This document shows positions 49,453 to 59,225 of a DNA stretch of 64,000 nt, one piece after another. The stretch lies in the NCBI RefSeq assembly GCF_963921235.1, contig NC_086108.1, forward strand, positions 48,548,001 through 48,612,000. Direction: 5' to 3'. The notes beneath the pieces are model-generated. The model ran no database searches, was not told the DNA's origin, and saw only the letters and a program-made list of their open reading frames with translations. How positions within the stretch are numbered: position 1 is the stretch's first letter; every line of letters begins with the position of its first letter. The translations under genes and the position numbers were made by a program. This DNA is from Mobula hypostoma. Lineage: Eukaryota.

Positions 49453-49941
49453 GAAGAAGGAGTCTGAGAGTCTGAGTGGGAGTGCCGAGAAAGAGATTTT
49501 TGAAATTTTCGTTATTTTTTTTCTCCAACGGCTTTCTGAGAGGCGGGACTGCGCAGGCGTGTGACGTCGGGCAGTGCAGCACGGCAGATTTAAAAGGGCA
49601 GACATCCTGCTTCGGATTTGATTCGAAGAAGGAGTCTGAGAGTCTGAGTGGGAGTGCCGAGAAAGAGATTTTTGAAATTTTCGTTATTTTTTTTCTCCAA
49701 CGGCTTTCTGAGAGGCGGGACTGCGCAGGCGTGTGACATCGGGCAGTGCAGCGCGGCAGATTTAAAAGGGCAGACATCCTGCTTCGGATTTGATTCGAAG
49801 AAGGAGTCTGAGAGTCTGAGTGGGAGTGCCGAGAAAGAGATTTTTGAAATTTTCGTTATTTTTTTTCTCCAACGGCTTTCTGAGAGGCGGGACTGCGCAG
49901 GCGTGTGACGTCGGGCAGTGCAGCGCGGCAGATTTAAAAGG
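49453..49941 (+). repeat. 172-bp tandem monomer array (about 2.8 units) at the CR1 5' end
   Basis: Units start at 49453, 49625 and 49797 and are almost identical. Confidence 0.97.
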
Positions 49942-50103
49942 AACAGAGCCTCAGAGAGCGGGCAGCGTAGTTTGCGGGCAGCGGAGTGAGCCAGGAGCAG
50001 GGTGAAGACTTAAGGGCTTCGGCTCACCGGGCTTAGGCGGAAGCGGGCGAGGTGAGGAAGGTTTGACATTCATTTTCTGTTGCTATTTGAGGAGAGGGGC
50101 ATT

Positions 50104-51039
50104 ATGACTGTGAGGGCAGTTTGCTGTTCTCGGTGTCGGATGTGGGAGGCCCTGGAGTCTCCAAGCCTCCCGGACGTCTACATCTGCGCCAAGTGCATCG
50201 AGATGCAGCTCCTAAGGGACCGCGTTACGGAACTGGAGCTGCAGCTCGATGACCTTCGTCTGGTCAGGGAGAGCGAGGAGGTGATAGAGAGGAGTGGAAG
50301 GCAGGTGGTCACGCCGGGGCCACGGGAGGCAGACAAGTGGGTCACGGTTAGGAGGGGGAAGGGGAAAAGGCAGGTGATGGGGAGTACCCCGGCGGCTGTG
50401 CCCCTTAACAACAGGTACTCCTGTTTGAGTACTGTTGGGGGGGACAGCTTACCCGGGGGAAGCGACAGTGGCCCTGCCTCCGGCACAGAGTCTGGCCCTG
50501 TAGCTCAGAAGGGTAGGGCAAGGAAGAGGAGGGCAGTTGTGATAGGGGACTCGATAGTAAGGGGGTCAGATAGGCGATTCTGTGGACGCAGTCCAGAGAC
50601 TCGGATGGTAGTTTGCCTCCCTGGTGCCAGGGTCCGGGATATTTCTGATCGTGTCCAAGATATCCTGAAGTGGGAGGGTGAAGAGCCAGAGGTCCTGGTA
50701 CATATAGGTACCAATAACATAGGTAGGAAAAGGGATGAGGTCCTGAAAGAAGAATATAGGGAGCTAGGAAGGGAGTTGAGAAAAAGGACCGCAAAGGTAG
50801 TAATCTCGGGATTACTGCCTGTGCCACGCGACAGTGAGAGTAGGAATGTGATGAGGTGGAGGATAAATGCGTGGCTGAGGGATTGGAGCAGGGGGCAGGG
50901 ATTCAAGTTTTTGGATCATTGGGACCTCTTTTGGCGCAGGTGTGACCTGTACAAAAAGGACGGGTTACACTTAAATCCTAGGGGGACCAATATCCTGGCA
51001 GGGAGATTAGCGGGGGCTACTGAGGTGACTTTAAACTAG
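50104..51039 (+). CDS. CR1 ORF1: zinc-finger, coiled coil and SGNH esterase (311 aa from the ATG)
   Basis: CCSRC..CAKC, VVIGDSIVRG, HIGTNN, KDGLHLN. Confidence 0.93.
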   Translation: MTVRAVCCSRCRMWEALESPSLPDVYICAKCIEMQLLRDRVTELELQLDDLRLVRESEEVIERSGRQVVTPGPREADKWVTVRRGKGKRQVMGSTPAAVPLNNRYSCLSTVGGDSLPGGSDSGPASGTESGPVAQKGRARKRRAVVIGDSIVRGSDRRFCGRSPETRMVVCLPGARVRDISDRVQDILKWEGEEPEVLVHIGTNNIGRKRDEVLKEEYRELGRELRKRTAKVVISGLLPVPRDSESRNVMRWRINAWLRDWSRGQGFKFLDHWDLFWRRCDLYKKDGLHLNPRGTNILAGRLAGATEVTLN

Positions 51040-51044
51040 AATGG

Positions 51045-54044
51045 TTGGGGGGTGGGAATCAAATTAAAGAGGCTAGGTGTGAGGAGGTTAGTTCACAACA
51101 GAGGGATGGGAACCAGTGCAGAGAGACAGAGGGGTGTAAAGTGAGCGTAGAAGCAAAAAGTACAAAGGGGAAAAGTAAAAGTGGCAGGCCGACAAATCCA
51201 GGGCAAGCATTAAAAAGGGCTAAGAGAGTTGTAAAAGAGTGCCTGAAGGCTTTATGTGTCAATGCAAGGAGCATTCGTAATAAGGTGGATGAATTGAAAG
51301 TGCAGATTGTTATTAATGATTATGATATAGTTGGGATCACAGAGACATGGCTCCAGGGTGACCAGGGATGGGAGCTCAACGTTCAGGGATATTCAATATT
51401 CAGGAGGGATAGACATGAAGGAAGGGGAGGTGGGGTGGCGTTGCTGGTTAAAAAAGAGATTAACGCAATAGAAAGGAAGGACATAAGCCGGGAAGATGTG
51501 GAATCGATATGGGTAGAGCTGCGTAACACTAAGGGGCAGAAGACGCTGGTGGGAGTTGTGTACAGGCCACCTAACAGTAGTAGTGAGGTCGGAGATGGTA
51601 TTAAACAGGAAATTAGAAATGTGTGCAATAAAGGAACAGCAGTTATAATGGGTGACTTCAATCTACATGTAGACTGGGTGAACCAAATTGGTAAAGGTGC
51701 TGAGGAAGAGGATTTCTTGGAATGTATGCGGGATGGTTTTTTGAACCAACATGTCGAGGAACCGACTAGAGAGCAGGCTATTCTGGACTGGGTTTTGAGC
51801 AATGAGGAAGGGTTAATTAGCGATCTTGTCGTGAGAGGCCCCTTGGGTAAGAGTGACCATAATATGGTGGAATTCTTCATTAACATGGAGAGTGACGTAG
51901 TTAATTCAGAAACAAAGGTTCTGAACTTAAAGAGGGGTAACTTTGAAGGTATGAGTCGTGAATTAGCTAAGATAGACTGGCAAATGACACTTAAAGGATT
52001 GACGGTGGATATGCAATGGCAGGCATTTAAAGGTTGCATGGATGAACTACAACAATTGTTCATCCCAGTTTGGCAAAAGAATAAATCAAGGAAGGTAGGG
52101 CACCCGTGGCTGACAAGAGAAATTAGGGATAGTATCAATTCCAAAGAAGTAGCATACAAATTAGCCAGAGAAAGTGGCTCACCTGAGGACTGGGAGAAAT
52201 TCAGAGTTCAGCAGAGGAGGACAAAGGGCTTAATTAGGAAGGGGAAAAAAGATTATGAGAGAAAACTGGCAGAGAACATAAAAACGGACTGTAAAAGCTT
52301 TTATAGATATGTAAAAAGGAAAAGACTGATAAAGACAAATGTAGGTCCCCTGCAAACAGAAACAGGTGAATTGATTATGGGGAGCAAGGACATGGCAGAC
52401 CAATTGAATAATTACTTTGGTTCTGTCTTCACTAAGGAGGACATAAATAATCTTCCAGAAATAGTAAGGGACAGAGGGTCCAGTGAGATGGAGGAACTGA
52501 GCGAAATACATGTTAGTAGGGAAGTGGTGTTAGGTAAATTGAAGGGATTGAAGGCAGATAAATCCCCAGGGCCAGATGGTCTGCATCCCAGAGTGCTTAA
52601 GGAAGTAGCCCAAGAAATAGTGGATGCATTAGTGATAATTTTTCAAAACTCGTTAGATTCTGGACTAGTTCCTGAGGATTGGAGGGTGGCTAATGTAACC
52701 CCACTTTTTAAAAAAGGAGGGAGAGAGAAACCGGGGAATTATAGGCCGGTTAGCCTAACGTCGGTGGTGGGGAAACTGCTGGAGTCAGTTATCAAGGATG
52801 TGATAACAGCACATTTGGAAAGCGGTGAAATGATCGGACAAAGTCAGCATGGATTTGTGAAAGGAAAATCATGTCTGACGAATCTCATAGAATTTTTTGA
52901 GGATGTAACTAGTAGAGTGGATAGGGGAGAACCAGTGGATGTGGTATATTTGGATTTTCAAAAGGCTTTTGACAAGGTCCCACACAGGAGATTAGTGTGC
53001 AAACTTAAAGCGCACGGTATTGGGGGTAAGGTATTGGTGTGGGTGGAGAATTGGTTAGCAGACAGGAAGCAAAGAGTGGGAATAAACGGGACCTTTTCAG
53101 AATGGCAGGCGGTGACTAGTGGGGTACCGCAAGGCTCAGTGCTGGGACCCCAGTTGTTTACAATATATATTAATGACTTGGATGAGGGAATTAAATGCAG
53201 CATCTCCAAGTTTGCGGATGACACGAAGCTGGGTGGCAGTGTTAGCAGTGAGGAGGATGCTAAGAGGATGCAGGGTGACTTGGATAGGTTGGGTGAGTGG
53301 GCAAACTCATGGCAGATGCAATTTAATGTGGATAAATGTGAAGTTATCCACTTTGGTGGCAAAAATAGGAAAACAGATTATTATCTGAATGGTGGCCGAT
53401 TAGGAAAAGGGGAGGTGCAACGAGACCTGGGTGTCATTATACACCAGTCATTGAAAGTGGGCATGCAGGTACAGCAGGCGGTGAAAAAGGCGAACGGTAT
53501 GCTGGCATTTATAGCGAGAGGATTCGAGTACAGGAGCAGGGAGGTACTACTGCAGTTGTACAAGGCCTTGGTGGGACCACACCTGGAGTATTGTGTGCAG
53601 TTTTGGTCCCCTAATCTGAGGAAAGACATCTTTGCCATAGAGGGAGTACAAAGAAGGTTCACCAGATTGATTCCTGGGATGGAAGGTCTTTCATATGAAG
53701 AAAGACTGGATGAACTGGGCTTGTACTCGTTGGAATTTAGAAGATTGAGGGGGGATCTGATTGAAACATATAAGATCCTGAAGGGATTGGACAGGCTAGA
53801 TGCGGGAAGATTGTTCCCGATGTTGGGGAGGTCCAGAACGAGGGGTCACAGTTTGAGGATAGAGGGGAAGCCTTGTAGGACCGAGATTAGGAAAAACTTC
53901 TTCACACAGAGAGTGGTGAATCTGTGGAATTCTCTGCCACAGCAAACTGTTGAGGCCAGTTCATTAGCTATGTTTAAAAGGAAGTTAGATATGGCCCTTG
54001 TGGCTACAGGGGTCAGGGGGTATGGAGGGAAGGCTGGGTTCTGA
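51045..54044 (+). CDS. CR1 ORF2: APE endonuclease and reverse transcriptase (frame open from 51024; no AUG before the endonuclease)
   Basis: VNARS, ITETWL, GDFN, SDH; NYRPVSL, YLDFQKAFD, GVPQGSVLGP, KFADDTK, RDLGV. Confidence 0.95.
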   Translation: MGGGNQIKEARCEEVSSQQRDGNQCRETEGCKVSVEAKSTKGKSKSGRPTNPGQALKRAKRVVKECLKALCVNARSIRNKVDELKVQIVINDYDIVGITETWLQGDQGWELNVQGYSIFRRDRHEGRGGGVALLVKKEINAIERKDISREDVESIWVELRNTKGQKTLVGVVYRPPNSSSEVGDGIKQEIRNVCNKGTAVIMGDFNLHVDWVNQIGKGAEEEDFLECMRDGFLNQHVEEPTREQAILDWVLSNEEGLISDLVVRGPLGKSDHNMVEFFINMESDVVNSETKVLNLKRGNFEGMSRELAKIDWQMTLKGLTVDMQWQAFKGCMDELQQLFIPVWQKNKSRKVGHPWLTREIRDSINSKEVAYKLARESGSPEDWEKFRVQQRRTKGLIRKGKKDYERKLAENIKTDCKSFYRYVKRKRLIKTNVGPLQTETGELIMGSKDMADQLNNYFGSVFTKEDINNLPEIVRDRGSSEMEELSEIHVSREVVLGKLKGLKADKSPGPDGLHPRVLKEVAQEIVDALVIIFQNSLDSGLVPEDWRVANVTPLFKKGGREKPGNYRPVSLTSVVGKLLESVIKDVITAHLESGEMIGQSQHGFVKGKSCLTNLIEFFEDVTSRVDRGEPVDVVYLDFQKAFDKVPHRRLVCKLKAHGIGGKVLVWVENWLADRKQRVGINGTFSEWQAVTSGVPQGSVLGPQLFTIYINDLDEGIKCSISKFADDTKLGGSVSSEEDAKRMQGDLDRLGEWANSWQMQFNVDKCEVIHFGGKNRKTDYYLNGGRLGKGEVQRDLGVIIHQSLKVGMQVQQAVKKANGMLAFIARGFEYRSREVLLQLYKALVGPHLEYCVQFWSPNLRKDIFAIEGVQRRFTRLIPGMEGLSYEERLDELGLYSLEFRRLRGDLIETYKILKGLDRLDAGRLFPMLGRSRTRGHSLRIEGKPCRTEIRKNFFTQRVVNLWNSLPQQTVEASSLAMFKRKLDMALVATGVRGYGGKAGF

Positions 54045-55059
54045 GTTGGATGATCAGCCATGATCATAATAAATGGCGGTGCAGGCTCGAAGGGCCGAAT
54101 GGCCTACTCCTGCACCTATTTTCTATGTTTCTATGTTTCTATGTATATTTTCCAGTGCAAACTAAATTGTGGGTGTAAGTAGTACTTCTCACCCATTTTC
54201 TTCAGGAATCCCCTGGCCTTCCATCATATCTGAGTGCAGATCAGTGGGACTAGGTAAGAGAAAGCATTCGGTATGGTCTACAAGGGCCGAGATGGCCTGT
54301 TTCTGTGCTGTAATTGTTATATGGTTATATCTATTGGAACTTCTAAAAGTTAATCACAGTGTCATCTACATTGAAGGGACTAACAATCACAAATTCTCTG
54401 AAGTTGTACTTCCTTTCTCTTAGCAAAGCCATTGAATCTAAAAAATTATAATGCTTTCCCAGTTTGGGGAAGAGCTGCTACTAACACCAAAGGCACTGCA
54501 TTTTTTAAGCAGGAGTATGGATCAATAGGAATGTTGTTATGAATAAATAGGAATTAAACAGAAAATGTTGTTACGCCTAACTATGAGAAGGTTATTTTAT
54601 ATCGTGCTTACTTAAGTTGGAGTTGGACTGTGTTGCAGCAATTAAACGTTTAGACTAGAGGTTCCCAACTTGGGTTTCTCAGACCCCTTGCTTATTGGTA
54701 TTGATCCATGGTATAAAAAAGGGTTGGGAACCCCTGTTTTAGGCTCTCTCTCTCTCTGTCTGGCACTCTTTATGGGAACTCTGCAATATGAATGGGCTTT
54801 TATGGTAAATTATATGGAGGTTTTAATAGTAGGTTTTCACATTTCCCCATCAAGTCACTCTGTCCACTTGTATGTAAATTCACCTGTTCAAAATAATTGA
54901 ATAAATTATGTCTCTGCTCCATTGTTAAGGACATAAGAAATGGGAACTGCATCCACATAATCTTTCAAGCATATTCTATCATTCAAAAGATCTTGGCTGG
55001 TTCTTTGACCTCAACTCCACTTTCCCATCAATCCCCACATTAATTTTAATCAAATTGAC

Positions 55060-56545
55060 TATTTTTTACATCCTTCACATATGTGAGGAGTAAAAATCTT
55101 TACGTTACGTCTCCAGCTGAGTGTGCAAAGTGCAATTGATAGTAATTTGTGATAAATAGTATGTAGAATAAGATATACAACAGGACAGTCAATATAGGTT
55201 AGAAATACTATTGTGCCAGCATGAATTAATCAGTCTGGTGGAAGAAGCTGTCCCAGAGCCTGTTGGTCCTGTTTTTAACACTACAGTACCATCTCCCAGA
55301 TGGCAGCAGCTGGAACCATTTGTGGTTGGGGTGACTCAGTTCCCTAATGATCCTCCGGGCCCTTTTTATGCACCTGTCTCTGTAAATGCCCTGAATAGTG
55401 AGAAGTTCACATGTGCAGAAGAGCTGGGCTGTCCGCACCACTCTCTGTAGAGTCCTGTGATTGAGGGAAGTACAGTTCCTATACCAGGCAGTGATGCAGC
55501 CAGTCAGGATGCTCTCAATTGTGCCCCTGTAGAAAGTCCTTAGGATTTGGGGATCCATACCAAACTTCTTCAACCAGCTGAGGTGGAAGAGGCACTGTTG
55601 TGCTTTTTTCACCACACAGCCAGTGTGTACAGACCACGTGAGGTCCTCAGTGATGTGCATGCCAAGGAACTTAAAGCTGTTCACCCTCTGAACCTAGATC
55701 CATTGATGTCAATAGGGGTTAGACTGTCTTCATTCCTCCTGTAATCCACAACCAGCTCCTTTGTTTTTGCAACATTGAGGAAGAGGTTGTTTTGTTGACA
55801 CCACTGTGTCAGGGTGATGACCTTCTCTGTAGGCTGCCTTGTTATTATTTGAGATAAGCCCAATCAATGTACTGTCATCAGCAAATTTAATTAGCAGATT
55901 GGAGTTGTGGGTGGCAACATAGTCATGGATATACAGAGAGTAAAGGAGGGGGCTTAGGACACAGCCCTGAGGGGCTCCTGTATTGAGAGTCAGAGAGGCA
56001 GGGATGAAGGAGCCTACTCTCACCACCTGTTGGCGATCTGACAGGAAGTCCAGGATCCAGCTGCACAAGGCAGGGTGAAGGCCAAGGTCTCTGAGCTTCT
56101 TGTCAAGCCTAGAGGGAATTATGGTGTTGAATGCTTAATCGTAGTCCAAAAACAGCATTCTCACATAAGCATCCTTCTTCTCTAGAGGTATGTAGAGCTG
56201 TGACTATTGTGTCATCTATTAATCGGTTATGTCGGTAGGTGAATTGTAGGGGGTCCAGTGTGGGTGGGAGCATGCCGCAGATGTAGTCTTTGACCAGCCT
56301 CTCAAAGCATTTGCTTATTATTGAGGTGAGTGCGACAGGACGCCAGTCATTCAGACATGTTACCTGGGTCTTTTTAGGTACAGGAACAATGGTGGATGTT
56401 TTGAAGCAGGAGGGCACTCTGCACTGGGAGAGGGAGAGATTAAAAATGTCTGTAAACACACCTGCCAGCTGTGCCGCGCACATCCTGAGTACCCGCCCTG
56501 GGATGCCGTCTGGTCCCACAGAGTGCCCAGTCATTGGAAACACCT
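55060..56545 (-). mobile_element. Rex1/Babar-type LINE, 5'-truncated and decayed
   Basis: [69 protein letters not shown]. Confidence 0.92.
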
Positions 56546-56944
56546 GCGTACTTCAGCCTCAGAGATGACCAAGGTGCAGGTCGCTTCAGCGCTCAGCGTT
56601 GGTGACATCTTGTATATCACCATCCCTCTGAGGCGGAGAATTCCAAAGTCGTACAAAAGAGACCACTAATCCTGACTTCTTACTCTGCAGCTCCACACCC
56701 AGTTCTGATGAAGGCTCTCAATCCAAAACGTCAACTGTCCATTTCCCTCCATCGATGCTGCCCCACCCACCGAGTTCCTTCAGTTCCTTTGTGTGTTGCT
56801 CCAGATCTCTAACGTCTGCAGGCTCTTGTGACTTCATTACTAAGTGGCTCAGTATTACCTTGAATGGGGAACAGACATCTCAACTAATTTAACAGGGCCT
56901 CTCAAAATGTTATGTTCCAATAAGATTATTTCTTCTTCCTCCAT

Positions 56945-57575
56945 AAAGACATAGGAGCAGAATTAGGCCATGCAGCCTATTGAGTCTGCTCTGCCTTCCA
57001 TCATCCGATTTAATATCCCTCTCAACTCCATCCACCCCATAACCTTTGACACCCTTACAAACAAGAACTTATCAAGCTCCGCTTTAAATATATCGGATTT
57101 GGACTCCACAGCCATCTGTGGAAATGAATTTCACAGATTAACTACCCTCTGGCTAAAAAATTCCTCTTCATCTCCGTCCTAAAGGGATGTCCTTCTTTTC
57201 TGAGGCTGTGCCCTCCGATCCTAGACTCTCCCAACTATAAAAAACATCCTCTCTATGTCCACTCTATCTGGGCCTTTCAATATTCAATCATTTTTAATGA
57301 GATCCCCGCCCCCCCATAATTCTTCTAAACTCCAGTGAGTACAGGCCCAAAGTCATCAAATGGTCCTCATACATTAACCCTTTCATTCCCAGGATCATAC
57401 TTGGGAATCTCCTCTGGACACTCTCCAATGCTAGCACATCCTTTGTTAGATAAGGGGTCCAAAACTGCTCACAATACTTCAAGTGCGGTCTGACCATTAC
57501 CTTATAAATCCTCGGCATTCCATCCTTGCTTTTATATTACAGTCTTCTCGAAATGAATGATAATATTGCATTAAC
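56945..57575 (-). mobile_element. CR1 3' fragment
   Basis: VRPHLKYCEQFW..LESVQRRF..LGLYSLEFRR and CR1 3' UTR. Confidence 0.85.
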
Positions 57576-58244
57576 ACCCTAGATGTTACAGGCCTGACTA
57601 CACAATCTCTCTACATCACATGAAACAGACTAAATAACTTTCACTGCAATGTTTCTAAGTGTTGGGTAAAATCGCAAATCACAAGCTGCACACACACACG
57701 TCTGGATGTTGTTTCATTTAAGCTCTGTACAGTTTAAGCAGAATTTCCTTGGCAAGCCCTTGGAAAATAGATAAGCAAATCACTTGACTTTTTAAACACA
57801 AAAGATTCTGCAGATGTTGGAAATCCAGAGGAACACACGCAAGATGCTGGAGGAACTCAACAGATTGATCAGCATCTTTGGTGGGGAATAAACAGTCGAG
57901 GTTTTGAACTGAGGCCCTTGATCAGGACTGAAAAAGATGGGGTAAGATGGTGGGTGGAGAGGAGGTGGACCAGCTGATAGATGATAGGTAAAGCCACGTT
58001 AGGAGGAAATGTAAGTGCGTGGGTGAAAGGGTGAAACAGGTAAGGACTGGAGGAGGAGGAATCATATTTTTGACTTGCAGATTAAATCAGTATTTAATAG
58101 TTATTCAGCATTTAAAACATTGTTTTCCTTAATAAAACAATAATCTCATATCCCATATTATACTCCATCTACCACCTTCGGACTGTCCATGCTATAATAC
58201 TGTGGCCAATTGTCATTCTCTTTATCACTTACTTTCCCACCCAG

Positions 58245-58391
58245 ATTAGATATGTCAGCAAACTAACTTTTGAGATTTGGTTTCCCTACCCCACACAAGT
58301 ATCCTGGGCATTGTGACTGAGCAGAACCCCTACTGAATCTGCCACAAAATATTCTGGCAGTAAAAGCATGCCATAGATTAACTAACTCAAG
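58245..58391 (+). other. Candidate non-coding 5' UTR exon of the TLR gene
   Basis: Long pyrimidine tract then cccag| acceptor, and a perfect AAG|GTAAGT donor 760 nt upstream of the TLR acceptor. No transcript evidence. Confidence 0.45.
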
Positions 58392-58542
58392 GTAAGTGAT
58401 TTGCTACTTGGCATCTCAAAGCTGACAAAATATACCACAGTAATCTCTACAATCTACTCTGACAGCACCTCCTATAAATCAATTACCACCAAAATGGGAA
58501 CAGCACACTTCTTGGAGTTTCACTACCAAGTTCCCTTTTGTG

Positions 58543-59089
58543 TGTAACCCTCAGGTTCGGCCATCGGTGTTAGTCTAGGGAAGACGGTCTCTGGCCCCAC
58601 CAAACGTGTGAAATCTGAGGTGCAAAACCTCCTGTTTGGATGGATGCTGCGTGATGTGTTACCCTGTTACAAATCAGTACCACAAAATAATAGACAGTAT
58701 ACCATATGCAATTAAATGATTTAGCTTTATAATTCTTAATTTGACTAAAGGATTAGTAAAGTAAAATAAAAAGAAAAGGGCCCATTTTAATGAAACAGTC
58801 CAATGTGCACGTTGGAGCTCACAGTTTCCCTTCCGTTGGTCCTCCATCGATTTCTCCTGGCTTTGTCAACTCCTGGCCCCATTCCAACTCCACTCCTTTC
58901 TGGTGTCCACAACCTCTCCTTTCTGGCATCTTCTCTCTTCATCTTCCGCTGAACAAAAGACCCCGATCACCTCAGTCACAGGCACACAACAAGAAAAAGA
59001 CACTCCCTTCATTTGACGGTGCATATTCCAAAGCCACTATTATCTCTAGCCATAATCCAAACACTGCTGCTACAGAAAAATCTGTTACA
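58543..59089. mobile_element. Solo LTR (547 bp)
   Basis: Inverted termini TGTAAC...GTTACA and a 4-bp TSD TGTG (58539-58542, 59090-59093). Confidence 0.8.
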
Positions 59090-59225
59090 TGTGTAAATAT
59101 ACTGTTGTTGCATTAATGACATTTTTATAATTAAATTTGTTCCTTTGGTAGAACTTCTTGAAGATGGCTGTTGGTGGAAAATGGAAGTGTTGAAACTTGG
59201 AAGCAGGATTTTCTTTACATACATC

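Larger units (their letters stand above)
49453..54143 (+). mobile_element. Young full-length CR1 LINE, copy 2, with open ORF1 and ORF2
   Basis: 5' tandem monomers, two uninterrupted ORFs, 3' stem (aggctcgaagggccgaatggcct) and (TTTCTATG)3 tail. Confidence 0.98.

Noticed and set aside
51383..52159. 258-aa antisense ORF over CR1 ORF2 (167 aa in copy 1)
   Set aside because: Shadow ORF of a coding strand; no domain features, and its annotated length differs between near-identical copies.
52753..53250. Segment missing in CR1 copy 1 as a possible spliced intron
   Set aside because: The boundaries are GC...TG and cannot be shifted to GT/GC-AG.
59145..59180. ORF-track TTG start for the TLR (832 aa)
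   Set aside because: It lies across the splice acceptor at 59151; the signal peptide begins at ATG 59226/59235.
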